Positions 27,171-41,000 are shown, numbered from the stretch's first letter. The stretch is DNA of 64,000 nt from Octopus sinensis (GCF_006345805.1 NC_042997.1:98084001-98148000); one strand, 5' to 3'. Translations and numbers: made by a program. Notes: generated from the letters alone by a model not told the origin.

Positions 27171-27362
27171 GAAAAATGTGATTGTGTGTGCATCTGCAGG
27201 AGTGTATCCGTTGTCTTTTTTGATAAATACCTTTAATGAATGTGTATTTTTTTGGTGTGTATGGTATTATGGTATGTATTAGTGCGTAATAGTTAGCAAG
27301 TACGGAAGGTTCAGGGCATGGGTTAGACGGGGTGAGGGATGTTGGTGTGTGCTTATAATCGT

Positions 27363-27427
<65 letters not shown>

Positions 27428-27781
27428 TTTGTGGGCGTGTTAGGAATTTGGAGAAGGTGCACGATTTTAAGTAAAAGAAAAGGTGAGAGGAATATAACCT
27501 TTCCAATATATAAATGAGTGTGTACATGTGTGCACGCGTGTGTACGTATCTCCGTTGTACGTGTGTTTGTGTGTACAAACATACGCTCCTGTGAATACAA
27601 TATAATTTGGGCCAGTTACCTAATCAAATAGCAAGTGATGCAAATTGCTTTATCTTCTACTTAAACCTTCTAATCGCCAATCTATTTTCTCGAAACCTAC
27701 ATTTTTATTTCAAATATTATCATGACTATCCCACTGATATTGCTTTCTTTCTTTCTTTCTTTCTTTCCTTCTTTGTTTTTT

Positions 27782-27818
<37 letters not shown>

Positions 27819-28611
27819 TTCAATTCTCTGATTACTTAATACTTTAGTGTTTTGCTTTATCTCCCACTCCCGATCCTCCTCTTTCTCTCAGTCTCTCTCA
27901 CCCTGTCTATCGTTTTACCCACCTACCTACCCAAAACCTACCTACCTACCTACCTGTTTGTCTGTCTGTCTGTCTGTCTACTTTCCGTTTGCCCCCTCTT
28001 TCTCTGTCAATCTCTACCTGTATGTCTGCCTCTGTCTTTCTGCCCGTCCATCTGTCTGACATCATCCTTACACTTTTTTTCATTCATTAATTCTTCCTAT
28101 CATCCTGTTTTTCCCCCAAATTTCATGCTACTTTCTTTAACCTCATTTCCTCATTATATTTTGGCATGTATTCTATACGAATAATAAACGTTTTTTTCTT
28201 AATTCATACAAAGAGCCATCTTTACATTTCGCTCTTTATTATTATAAATAATGATTTCGAAGGCCAACACATTCCTTGTAATAATATGCCAAAAATTTTC
28301 TTAGTGCATACAATACTGTTACACCAGTGCCATTAACAGATTCACAACAACAAAAACAAGAATAATGGTATTCTCACTAGCTCTACTAAGTGCTCAAGAA
28401 ACTCGAGGACGCAAAAGATATCGCATTAGATCCCGCTAAAATATAATTGGGGAGTGAGGAAAATAATGTGCAATTAAATTCTACAAAATTCATAATATTT
28501 AGTGTCACACTATATTATAGTGTGACAGTGGTTCCCAATCTGGGACCCACGGAACCTTGGTGGTCTGCAAAGGTAGTACTGGAAGTACACACACACACAC
28601 ACATATATATA

Positions 28612-28706
<95 letters not shown>

Positions 28707-28989
28707 CACCTACACCCGCACATATACAAACATATGCATATATCTTACACATCAAGGGGACGCGTGCATGAAAGTTGCACTTATGCACTAGACACAGTCT
28801 TACACTCATATGCATACATATAACATGCATATATATACACATGCACACACATTTACATATAAATATATATATAATAAATATACATATACTCACACACGTA
28901 AACATTCACACAATTCAAAAGGAAAAAATGAATATATATATATATATATATAAAATATGAAAAAAACCTTAAGACATATGGAAGGCTTG

Positions 28990-29500
28990 TGCAGGAACAT
29001 ACTAAAAATGCGGATTCTATCCGTGATCTTGGGTGGCCCAAAATCGTTAGAGGCATTTTGCCACATATGGACATTACCCCAAAAGTTCAGTTCTTGAATT
29101 TAGACATGTAACGAGATCCAAGGAACTTTTCCAGATGAGGCATCTTTTCATATTACAAAGACTGCACTTGCCATTACCGTTGGTATAAGGTTTATACTTG
29201 TCCAAAATATTCCAGTAAAACCTATAGCCGACACCTTGTCTTCTTTTCTTTTTTCTACCTATTTGGGTAACTTCTGTTTTGTTGAACGGTTTTTTATAGC
29301 GTCTGTTGCCATTAATAGCCGATGAGAATGCATCGTAGCTCTTCGCTCCGACATTCGAAACTGCGAGCACTATAATGACAACTTACCGATTGTTCTATAT
29401 TATGACCCGTCCTTGTTTGCTTTGTATCGTCTATTTGGAAGTTTTGTTGTCCCATTTTTGTATCACCTAACTGCCTGGATGTTTTGCTTTCTTGTTCCTT
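28990..29500 (-). mobile_element. Penelope-like GIY-YIG endonuclease C-terminal remnant
   Basis: WNILDKYKPYTNGNGKCSLCNMKRCLIW...LNSRTELLG matches the PLE pattern W.I...A.PY......C.LC..EK..I...LN.R.EL. Confidence 0.75.
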
Positions 29501-29532
29501 TTTGTATATACTCGCAGACAGACAGACAGACA

Positions 29533-29572
<40 letters not shown>

Positions 29573-29757
29573 TGTATATATAAATGACGAGTCCGGGGAC
29601 AGGTAAACCTTCGATCTTCTAAACTTTCTTTGTAAAAATACTTTTCATCATTTACAGAGACAAATTCAATGCCTTCTCAGTGTTTTAATGTTTTTAATCT
29701 ATGAGTGTACATATCATACACATGTTAAATATGCATGCATATATAATATATAATATA

Positions 29758-29795
<38 letters not shown>

Positions 29796-31655
29796 ATATA
29801 TATATATATATATGCATTATTATTCATAATTTGAAATATGTATTCACGTATATCGTATTTACATGTATCGTTATGTATGTGTGTTTGGCAGGAAATCTGA
29901 AAATATATTGGAGCATCACGTTATATAACTTGCTTTCTGTTGACTTGTATCGACTAGGACATAGTATAAATATGTAGTTGATGTTTGGAAATGTTTGGTT
30001 TTCAGATTAAAGGATTTCAATAGTGCGTGTATGTGTGAATGCTTGAGGTTGTATGTATGTATGTATGTATGTATGTATGTATGTATGTATGTATGTATTT
30101 ATTGTATGTATGTATGTATGTATTATGTATGTATGTATTTGCTTGCGAATGTATGGGTACAAATAGAAAAATAAATGTATATGTGCATGTGTAAGTGTGT
30201 GTGTGTGTGTCTGTGTGTTTGTGTGTTGTAAATCATACATAGATACATGTGTATGTTTTTATGCGGTTTACCGAAACTAACTTTGGCAATTTCTTGTGAA
30301 CGTACACTTTCCCATCTATATTTGAAATAAGCATGGCGATAATTTAAACTCATCTTATAGAATCACGTGTACACTTAGCCAGATAATGTCTTAAACCGAT
30401 GCACACTTATATAGTTCTCCTTACATATACGCACGCACACATACATACACACATGCATACACACACACAAGCATATTCACATATAAACAGCTGATCACAT
30501 GCATAGTAACACAAATACATAACCTCCACACATAAACACATACTCACGCGCATGCACACACACACACACACACACACACACTCATACATACACTCTTATG
30601 CACAAATCGGCAGATGAATTAATAAGCAGACATAAAATTGTGTACGAATTCGATCAATATTGATTTCGAGATAGACAAATAGATGAATAGGTGGGGAGGA
30701 GTTCGGTAGATAAGCAGATGAATAGTAAACGAAAATGTATGCAAAGGAGATGAAAAGAATGAGAGATATAGCGAAACTGGGAGACAGAGAGTAAAAGTGA
30801 AAAAGTGAGTAAGGAAGAGGGAATGGCTTTAAGTGTGCCAGAAAAGCATTAAGTTAGTCATACGAAAGTATGGCTTACCGAACTGATGTTACTGTTAGTG
30901 TGATAGGAAATATTGACGAATGGAGTTTGAATATTGTATAAATCTCAAGAAAGAATTCAGTGTGTGTAATACGGTTTATGTCATTTTTTTTTTTACATTC
31001 TAGTTCTCGTTAAGTCCATATTGAACAGGACTGTGGTAAATAGTATTGTATTCCTGGCCACCATTTGTTTTACATATTTAGGACTACAGCAGAATTCCCA
31101 GGCTGGAATCCCTGGGGTTCACAAAGAGCAGCTGTGTTAAAAAAGTTAAAAGCTACTATGAAAACTATATTCAATTATAGATATCTCTCAATTGAGAGAT
31201 AAAAGTAAGAAAACGAATTTATTACTTAAGTAAATTAAATTGGGAAAAATTTTAAAGATTTAAAATTGTAAATTTCCTCGTCCTTGGAAAATCCATTTCA
31301 ATAAAAGAGTTACGTTCTAGGAAAAAGTTTGATAACTACAGGTCAATACATTCAATCTCCGTTAGGTAAGTAGTTGGTTGATTGAAAATTAGAGGGTAGG
31401 ATAATATTTCGTGTAAGCATATATGATTGTATGATTACGTTTCACGCTCATATTCATCCGAGGGTCAGTTAAGTCACTTCCAGTCGTAAATTATTAATTC
31501 CATCAACTGTGTGATTCTTCAATAAATTTGTGGTCACATGTGAATTAAAAGATATTTCTTTTTGCAAAATTTTTGATCTGAAACCGTCTGTTTAAACCAG
31601 TATTGTTATATTTTGAAACCGATACATTAAAACCTATAAACACATGCAACGGCTG

Positions 31656-31825
31656 TTTTTAGTTATATTTTCCCAGAATTTTTGTCACACTTTCCTGCTA
31701 TCTTCTCAGTGGGTTTAGATTTTCAAATGATTTTGGCGAATCAATCGTGATTTTTGGTACATTTTCCCAAAACTTCCTGTGATAGAGAAGGTGTGACGGA
31801 AATTTCTAGGAAATATAACTAAAAA
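31656..31825. repeat. Inverted repeat with ~45-bp arms and ~78-bp spacer (probable MITE centre)
   Basis: TTTTTAGTTATATTTTCCCAGAATTTTTGTCACAC pairs with GTGTGACGGAAATTTCTAGGAAATATAACTAAAAA. Confidence 0.7.
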
Positions 31826-32759
31826 TAAGTAACAACTGATGAGAGTATATATAGGCTTAAATATTATTATTGCAAAATATAACAATATTAAAGTTCAATA
31901 TGAAAAATATAAATAAAATGTAAATCGTCAATGTAAACACATAAGCAAGGAAATATTCACCTCATAATCACACGAATTTATTGAAAATATTCAGGCTAAG
32001 ATTTGGGGATTTTCTGGGGCCATTAATTTAATAAATTTCTCCTACAATGAATCGTTATATAAGGCACTTTGAAGCTTTGCTTAATTCCAAAACCACAATT
32101 TCCTCACACAGTTTTGTAGTAGCAAGAGCGGTTATGTTTGTACAAATATAGATTCCTAATTCGAAACAGAATTAATTTTATTGTAATTGTGCTTGTCGCC
32201 AGTCATTTGATTGTATGTTTTGCTAAAAATCAAAATTTATTTCATTTCGTTAACTTGATGCAATGTAAAGCACGTATCTTAATGACAGCTCATAATAAAT
32301 TAATTAAAACTGTTTGAGAGGTTAGCTATCTATCTAAATGAATACACAGATAGATAAATCTTTTATTTTTGTGCATCTAAAGAATGTTGGCGCCTCTCAC
32401 AGTATCTTCTCTTCATATTCAGGCAAAAATTTGTTTTTACACTACGAAATCTGCTACTAGGAAGTCATGTAAAGAAGAAACAATTCTGCTTTGCAGAATG
32501 AAGCACAAGTTATTCTAAACAACCAGCCATTAATGTACGACAATTAATAATTTGCTAACCAGGCCCATGGAGTAGGAGTTAAGTTCGCAGCAAGACGGTT
32601 TCAATTCTTGATTATATCTATTTCAATTTCTTATATCAATAATGTCCTTCTGAAGATCATAGTTAGCATTCATTATTTCCTTGCTTTCGATAGACAGGAC
32701 ACATTTGCTGACTAAAATTCAAAGAGATCGATTTACCATCCTTGAATGAAATAAAAGGG

Positions 32760-32940
32760 GAGAAGACCCATTCGGTCATGAATGACCTTAGGATTGTACC
32801 TAGAAAGTTACCCTCCTAGGAACAATGGGAAATAAAGTGTCTTACTCAAGAATAAAACACACTACCCGAACCGAGAGTCAAACTCACTACCTTGTGATTG
32901 TGAGCCCGACACTCTCAACACTGAGCCATGCACCTTCTTG
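32760..32940 (-). mobile_element. Family C tRNA-derived SINE
   Basis: GATTGTGAGCCCGACACTCT shared with 39375-39395; the minus strand has a tRNA-like head and TTCTTGAGTAAGACACTT. Confidence 0.65.
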
Positions 32941-33207
32941 ATTGAGATATATTTTGGTAATATTTTATTTATAATCACAGCAGCTCTATATTTTATGGAG
33001 AACAATATGGTGAACAGAGATGGCAATGTACTTTCACATGAACATTAGTGTTGTCAGGAAATCACAGCAGGCATTATAAAAGTGGTTCATCGATGGGATA
33101 GGGAAGATTACAGTAGAGAAGACTCAAATTCATACTCAATACAATATGGCTATTCGGTCTGATGCCTCTAAAATCAGCAGGATTGACGTTGACAAAACAA
33201 TAACCAC

Positions 33208-33439
33208 TTATTTCTTTACTACCCATAAGGAGATAAACACAGAAAGGACAAACAAGGACAGACAAACGGATTAAGTCGATTACATCGACCCCAGTGCGTA
33301 ACTGGTACTTAATTTATCGAACCCGAAAGGATGAAAGGCAAAGTCGACCTCGGTGGAATTTGAACTCAGAACGTAACGGCAGACGAAATACGGCTACGCA
33401 TTTCGCCCGGCGTGCTAACGGTTCTGCCAGCTCACCGCC
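33208..33439 (-). mobile_element. Young full-length family A SINE with imperfect TSD
   Basis: Head GGCGGTGAGCTGGCAGAA; flanked by TTGACAAAACAATAACCAC (33189-33207) and TTGACAACAATAACCAC (33440-33456). Confidence 0.9.
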
Positions 33440-34126
33440 TTGACAACAATAACCACCTCAATAGTAAGAACAAGGAAAAATGATGTGAAGACAACCTTAG
33501 TAGTAAGTGTAGCAGCATTAGTAATCAGTGTGACTAGCATGTTCATGCAGTGAAAACAACCATTGAAAAGAAAAAAAAAACGTTGCTTATTTTAATTGAG
33601 AATGATTAGAATTTGTTCTGATTAATTGGACCCTCAAAATTTGAAAGAATTTTCACAAGCACACACGAACACACACGCACAAACACTCACGCACACACAT
33701 ACAAACGCGTGAGCGTATCTGTGAATGTTTTACTCTGTGTGTGTGTGTGTGTATGTGTCATAATTCATAAACAGAATTTTAGAGAATTTACAAACGTCTA
33801 ATTATATGAAAGCATTTTTTCTTTACTAATTACTAGTTGTAGAAGTCAATATTAACCATATTTATAAATATGTATAGTAGCTGTCGAGGTTGTTGCTTTT
33901 AGCCTAAGGTCTGGTACGATCAAGCACGCTCTGGGATCAAAGATGTCGCAATCATAACCAATAGGGATAGCTAATGTAGGGCAATATTTCCTAAAATCTC
34001 CACCATTCAACTCCACGACTTCAAACTTAAAAAGAAAAGGGCGTGAGTGTTTTTTAATTTAACATCGGAAATACCAAAGCCTTAGGAGTGGATTTGGTAG
34101 ATGGAAACTAAGAGAAGTCCACCGTG

Positions 34127-34181
<55 letters not shown>

Positions 34182-34539
34182 CATATATGTGTGTGTGTGA
34201 CTTTGCGCCTATGTTTGTCCCCCACTCCACTGCTTGACAACCGGTGTTTGTGGATTTAATGTCCACGCAATTTAGTGTTTCGCCAAAAAGAGAACGATAG
34301 AATAAGTACCAGACTTAAATACTACTGGGGTTGATTCATTCGACTAAGAATTCTTCAAGACAGTGCCCCATTATGACCGTAGTCTAACGACTGAGGCCAT
34401 TAAAAGATAACCGATATGAAATCATGTTTAATCGAAATATTTTGTCATAACGTTTATAACGTAATAGTTAGTTGTTATAAAGTCGTTACCTGTTGGTATA
34501 CCCAGAATAATATTTGTCTCGAGCCTTAGGACTCATAGG

Positions 34540-34780
34540 GCCAGGTACCCGCTTTCCATGACTTATCACTGACGGAGGTCATCACATTCCTCTTGAACGG
34601 AGCACATGTCCGTCTTAGAGTTACTAATTTACAACTGAGTGAACTGCAACAATACAAAATGAAGTGTTTTGCTTAAGAACAAAGCGCACAACCTGGCCTG
34701 GGAATCGAGACGACAATCTTACGATCATAAGTGCAACACCTTACTCAAGTTTATGTGGCCAATATTGACATATCTTTTTC
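34540..34780 (-). mobile_element. Family C SINE variant
   Basis: CTGAGTGAACTG..AAATGAAGTGTTTTGCTTAAGAAC..GGGAATCGA is homologous to 39285-39360. Confidence 0.6.
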
Positions 34781-34811
34781 TGAACTCAGTCGCCTTAACT
34801 AGCATGGCTCT

Positions 34812-35410
34812 CGATCATCATCATCCTAGTCAGGTGTCGCACTATGCGATGCTGTGGTCATCACGATGTCTTGCCACCTTCTCCTGTCCTCTACTCCATG
34901 GACAGCTGAGAATAAAGACAATCATCTGTCTGCGATGTCTTTCAGCCAAGAAGTGAGTGGTCTGCCTCTTTTACGTCTGCCGTTCACCTTACCAGTTATG
35001 ATCGTTCGCTCAAGCCCATTCCGTCGCATGACGTGGCCAAAGAACCGTAGCTTCCGCTTCATGATGTTTCGCCGAAGCATCATCTCGCAATCGAGCTTTT
35101 CTAGTACCCAGTTGTTCGTCCTTCTCTCCGTCCACGACACTCTAAGGATTCTGCGGTAACACCACATTTCAAAAGCGCTCACTCATTTCTCGTCTGCCTT
35201 CAACATTGTCCACGACTCGCAGCCGTACGTCGCAATATAGAAAGCGGCAGCCCGAAGTAGCCTTCTCTTCAGTAGCATTGAAACGCCACGACTCTTCCAG
35301 ATGTTCTCCATATCTTGTACCACTGGACTCGCTGTCGTGAGCCTTCTCCGTATCTTTGGTGTACTTGATCCGCTGGTGCTGATTGTGGATCCCAAGTACA
35401 CAAAATCATT
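34812..35410 (-). mobile_element. 5'-truncated RTE (BovB-like) LINE, relatively young
   Basis: YLGSTI...IATYGCESWT..(one stop)..AFEMWCYRRILRVSW...KLRFFGHVMRR..GKVNGRRKRGRP; ends in a (GAT)n tail. Confidence 0.93.
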
Positions 35411-35719
35411 TTGTGGATCTTGATATTGTGGATCTCGATATTGAGGGATAAAAATCTATAATGTCAAACTGTATACATCTGGCTCTACGTTTCTCGATAT
35501 TAAGGGATAAAATCTACAATGTCAAACTGTGTAAATTTGGCTCTGTGTTTATCCTTTACTTACCTAAATCACTCTATGACAGTACTGCTGCTTTCTCATT
35601 GTTGTAGTTTAGGTTAGTAAGTCTCTCTAGTTCTGGTATTACTGTTCTTTACTATATAAGTTGGCGAGCTGGCAGAAACGTTAGCACGCCAGCAAAATGC
35701 TTTGTAATATTTCATCCGT

Positions 35720-35721
35720 CA

Positions 35722-35790
<69 letters not shown>

Positions 35791-35799
35791 GTATGTATG

Positions 35800-35880
<81 letters not shown>
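35720..35880. repeat. Compound (TA)n-(CT)n-(TA)n microsatellite
   Basis: Directly visible. Confidence 0.95.
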
Positions 35881-35884
<4 letters not shown>

Positions 35885-37219
35885 TATGCCTGCAAAGAAC
35901 GAGAGCCTAAGAATACACTTTCTATAATACAGAATGAGTAGCTCAACAACATACGATAATTCAAAAGTTTTAATATAACAGCATGATATTATCACTCTGC
36001 CGATACTTTGATGAAAAGCTTAATTTAATAATTTAATGGGACGCTGTTAGAAAATTAATATGTGAATAGATCTTCTTTTGATGCTAGGTTGTTGACAATT
36101 ATAACAATTGTTATTTAATTATTACTTACAATAATAATATGATGTTTTTGATGTGATTTGAACAGAAGCTTCCTACGGTATTCCAACATGGCTGAATATA
36201 TATTACGATGCCAGAGTTAGTTGTTTTTGTGATAACTTTTATCTTTTCTAAAGATATTATAATGGGAGAATTCACGATATACGCCCTCCATCTTCTTTTT
36301 AGAAGCAGGCATTATATTTTATAGTAATTACTGAATTTATGTAACACACACACACACACACAACACACACACACACATATATATATATGTATGTGTGCGT
36401 GCGTGTTTGTGTGTGTGTGCGTATGTGTGCGCGTGCTTATGCGTGTGTGCTGCGTGTGTGTATGTGTGCGTGTATGTGTGCGTGTACATATATGAGTGTG
36501 TATGTGTAATTATATATATATATATGTATCTATATTGATAGATGTGTCATTTTATATACACATTTTATATACACATACGCGCACAAACACACACACGCGC
36601 AAACACACACACATACGCACGCAAGCACACACACACACACACGCAGACGCACACATGCATACACATATACTGATTTATAAATGTATACACTTCAACACTG
36701 CCATAACGATTTGATAATTTCGAGCACAAATTATGGCCACCGTTTTGGAGAAGTTGCTGACGGTATATCATATCTAGTTGCAGTTATGCTTCTTATTTAT
36801 CAATTTATTTATTTATCTACTTCTTCAAAGCGTTATCATTCTCTATAGCATTAAGCAATTATTGAATATATAATCAGTTTACATTTGTTTTATACTGAAT
36901 AATTGTTGATATTAAGTCCTTTTTGAAAATAGTTTTGAAAATTAGGATTACATGTATAGTCTATGTTAGGCTCCAATTGCCCATTTGGTGAGAAGAAAAC
37001 AATAAATATAAATAAGTTAGGTCTATTCTTTTGTTTCTGTTTTATTTTGATTACTTTTCTGTTATTTCGAGTGTTTTTATATAAAACAATTAAGTACCAG
37101 TTTCAATATTTTATTCTCCTGGGAGAGTTTGAATACTAACTTTGAAGTGTTGATTCAATAGTAGAGTGAATAGTCAAATATGTATACAATCAAGTAATTG
37201 TAATATATATCGAGTACTT

Positions 37220-37460
37220 AATTGAATAATAGTGGAGGCATCATGATCGTAAGATTGTGGTTTCGATTCCTGGACCAGGCGACGCGTTGTGTTCTTGAGC
37301 AAAACACTTTATTTCACGTTGCTCCAGTCCACTCAGCTGACAAAAATAAGTAACACTGCGATGGACTGGCATCCCGTCCAGCTGGGGAACACATATACCA
37401 TTGAAACCAGGAAACCGGGCCCATGAGCCTAGCTAGGCTTTAAAAGGGCGCATTTATTAT
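37220..37460 (+). mobile_element. Family C SINE (CORE-like segment)
   Basis: B-box-like GGTTTCGATTCC, TGTGTTCTTGAGCAAAACACTT, and GCGATGGACTGGCATCCCGTCCAG. Confidence 0.7.
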
Positions 37461-37724
37461 TTTTTTTAATTGAATAATAGCAGTCGTGGTCAGTTATTTA
37501 TGTAATATCTCCATATTATATATTCTTTTACTTGCTTCAGTAATTTGACTGCGGCCATGCTGTTTTTTGACGAACAAATCGACCCAGAATTTTAAATTTA
37601 ATTTTTAAACCCTAGTACTTATTATATCGTTCTCTTTTGCTATACCGCTTTAATACAGGAATGTAAACAAACCATCACTGGTTGTCAAACAGCGGTGGAC
37701 AAACAAAGATATGAATACAACACG

Positions 37725-37759
<35 letters not shown>

Positions 37760-37767
37760 AAGATATA

Positions 37768-38282
37768 CAGTAATACCTCACTTTAAGAGGACCCGCTTTA
37801 CGAAACCCCGGGTTTACGAGTTTTATTTAACAATAAATATGAAAAGGTTAAACAACCAAACTTTGAACGAAGTGCAAAAGTTTCTACTACCATAACAAAT
37901 GCTTCTGCGTGTCACCGAGAAATCTATAGAGAGCGAAATAAAAGAGCTTCTAAGCAAAAGACTCTAGACTTGCTTTTTAAAAAGTACGTCTACGAATGCT
38001 TGTGAATCAGCGATTGCGGCTACAAGTGATGATGTGCGCGAGTCTAGTGCAAGTGAAAGAGATTCAGGAAACGATTACTTTACATAAAATATTCTTTACA
38101 TTCTGCTGTTATTTTATAGCCATTTATTATAAATTTAATAGGTAAAATATTTGTCTGGGGACAAATTACAGTTTATAACATTGCTACTGTGGGAAATTAG
38201 TGATCTGTTTTACGAGTACGAGATTTTGCTTTACGAGTGGTCTCCGGGAATAAAAATTAAATCGTATATCGAAGCCTTATTG
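37768..38282 (+). mobile_element. Internally deleted Tigger/pogo DNA transposon
   Basis: TA|CAGTAATACCTC left end and decayed right end ..ATCGAAGCCTTATTG|TA; internal ACHREIYRERNKRASKQKTLDLLFKK resembles the Tigger transposase C-terminus. Confidence 0.65.
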
Positions 38283-38325
38283 TATATACATACACATACA
38301 CACACACACATATATATATATATAT

Positions 38326-38371
<46 letters not shown>

Positions 38372-38516
38372 CTTATATACCTCCTTTCGTATTCCGTTTA
38401 CCAAATCCACTCATAAAGATGCGATCGGGGGAAGGCTGTAGTAGGAGAGACTGAAGTCGGGACCATGTGGCTGTGAAATTAACTTCTTACCACATAGTCA
38501 CGCCTGTGCCTGTATA

Positions 38517-38585
<69 letters not shown>

Positions 38586-38629
38586 CTTTTATTCTTTAAT
38601 GGTTTTAGTGGAGCACTGAACTTATTTTC

Positions 38630-38880
38630 TATCGGTTTTTGTTGTCGCTTTAAGGCAGGCAGTTGATCTATGATCGAGTTTGTAGTAGCTGATCTTCCCT
38701 GAGTGTATCCTTGAATGTTAGGCTGGTCCAGTATAGTCGTTAGGAGCTTATCCAATATTTCTTCTTTAATGTTTTAACTGCGGTTACTGTTATGCTTCTG
38801 ATTTCTTTAGATAAGTAGTTTAACAGCTGAGAACTTCTAAATATCAGACTAGTACAATAGAGTATTTTTGTTTATGATTT
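38630..38880 (-). mobile_element. CR1/L2-group LINE extreme 3' end
   Basis: KEIRSITV..KKK/DKLLTTILDQPNIQGYT..SATTNSIIDQ resembles the LP..IR....FK..LD..L..IPDQP..GY...A.SNS terminus. Confidence 0.6.
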
Positions 38881-39099
38881 CGAAGGTAGTATATTTGGGA
38901 GCTGACAGTATCTGCCAGTTTGTACATTAAAGGTCTCTCTAATGCCCCCTGCATTGTATAAGACACTTTCTCACAATTGCGAACCAAAACCGCTTAGCAA
39001 CAAAGATATGCTTCACACTACTCACGAGCATATTAGTGTAACAGTGTCGGTGTCACAATGAAGAATTACGCCATTTTTTATGAATTAATACTAAAAAAA

Positions 39100-39410
39100 G
39101 GGTAAAGACCGCTTTCGATCATGAATGATTATGGGATTGCATCAAGTCCAGGCAAGATTGCTTATGGAATATCAACAGTCACACATGCATACCAGCTTCG
39201 TCTCTCCACGTCACCGATGTTATCCAAGGGAAAAGCGAAGGCCGAAACGGCATGTTACCAGTGACGTCGTAATTCATTTCTAAAGCTGAGTGAACTGGAG
39301 CAACGTGAAATAAAGCGTCCAGCTCAAGAACACAAAACACAGCCCGGTCCGGGAATCGAACGCACTGCCTCATGATTGTGAGCCCGACACTCTAACCACT
39401 GAACCATAAC
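39100..39410 (-). mobile_element. Family C SINE, near full length
   Basis: Minus-strand tRNA-like head GGTTCAGTGGTTAGAGTGTCGGGCTCAC..GTTCGATTCCC plus CTTGAGCTGGACGCTTTATTTCACGTTGCTCC. Confidence 0.75.
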
Positions 39411-39689
39411 CTATCTTCAGGGGCATTTTGAACGCGAAGGACTACTCGATCTGAAGAAAATTGTGACTGGCACCGTTGTTTAATTTGATATGACGTCACC
39501 ATATAGTGCACATATGATTGTGATGCACGTCCCTGGTTTACCCTTATTAGACGGATAGTTACGATGGGTATGTTAACTTTCGTATATTTCTACCTCAGCA
39601 TCACTTCGATGGTATGCGAAAAAGAATAACAACATCAGTACATCATTACTACTACTACTACTACTACTAATAATAATAATAATACATTG

Positions 39690-39899
39690 TACTATAGGCA
39701 CAAGGCCTGACATTTGGGGGAGGGTATAAGTCGATTATATCGACCCCAGTGTGTACCTGGTACTTATTTAATCGACCTCGAAAAGGATAAAAGTATGAAA
39801 GTCGACCTCGGCGGAATTTGAACTCAGAAAGTAAGGACGAGCGAAATGCCGCGAAGCATTTTGTCCGGCGTGCTAACGGTTCTGGTAGCTCACCGCCTT
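39690..39899 (-). mobile_element. Family A SINE inserted in (ACT/AAT)n
   Basis: Homologous to the other copies and flanked on both sides by ACT/AAT repeats. Confidence 0.85.
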
Positions 39900-39934
39900 A
39901 TTACTACTACTACTACTACTACTACTACTAATAC

Positions 39935-39966
<32 letters not shown>

Positions 39967-39970
<4 letters not shown>

Positions 39971-40780
39971 CCCATTCATGGTAAATATTGGATTAAACTA
40001 AGCAAAAAAGACATAGATAAAGCAAAATCGCAACAATGGCCGAGAAGCTCAGGACTCAAAGCAGAGACTGAAGGATTTTTAATTACAGCACAATCCCAAA
40101 GCTTGCCCACCAGAAATTGCCAAAAACATGTTATGAAAAAAAAAAAAAAAATAATAACTGCAGAAAATGTGGAGATGGACAAGAAACAATAAATCATATT
40201 GTCTCTGGTTGCTCAGTTCTGGCTAAGATGTAATATATTCACAGACATGACAAAGTTGGGACTTGTATACACTGGAGGCTGTGCCAACACTATGGAATAA
40301 CAACAGAAAAAAGATGGTACAGGAACACGCCAGAAAAGGTCACAGGGAATGAGAAAGCAACCGTACTCTGGGATGTGCCAATACACACAGACAGAGGAAT
40401 TAAGGCTAATAGACCGGATACAGTTGTCACAGATCATCAAGAAAAAAATGTTTTCTAATCGAGGTATCAATACCAACAGATGACAATGTTTCTCTAAAAG
40501 AAACGGAGAAACTTTCAAAATAAAAAGACCTGGAAATAGAGGTAACTCGAATGTGGAGTCTAAAAACAGAAACAATTCCTATCATGGTAGGCGCTTTAGG
40601 TATAATAAAAAATATTCAGACAGATACATAACAAAACTAGCAGGACTAACATATATGAAAATTGGACTACTAGGCACCGTACAGATCCTCCGTAAACACT
40701 TTCAATATAGTTAAAATGAAAGCATCACAACAAACCACAGCACACAGTGAAAGCATGCGATAAAAATAAGACTACTGAAT
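39967..40780 (+). mobile_element. R4/Dong-type non-LTR retrotransposon 3' fragment (CCHC knuckle + restriction-like endonuclease)
   Basis: LKAETEGFLITAQSQSLPTRN, CRKCGDGQETINHIVSGC, NRPDTVVTD..KKCFLIEVSIP and IPIMVGALG, with few stops. Confidence 0.9.
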
Positions 40781-40794
40781 AATATTAATCCTTT

Positions 40795-41000
40795 GTACTA
40801 TAGGCAGAAGGCTTGAAATTTGGAGGTAGAGGAGGATAGTCGATTACATCGATGTTAGTGAGTTATGTAACTTAGTTTATAGACCCCGAAAAGATATAAG
40901 ACAAAGTCGACCTTGGCGGAATTTGAACTCAGAACGTAGTGACGGGCGAAATACCGCTAAGCATTTCGTCCAGCGCGCTAACGATTCTGCCAGCTCGCTG
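40795..41000 (-). mobile_element. Family A SINE
   Basis: Homologous body, with head ending GCCAGCTCGC. Confidence 0.8.

Noticed and set aside
29583-29610. ATGACGAGTCCGGGGACAGGTAAAC as a hammerhead next to the GIY-YIG remnant
   Set aside because: It lacks the GAAA strand and lies on the opposite strand to the Penelope ORF remnant.
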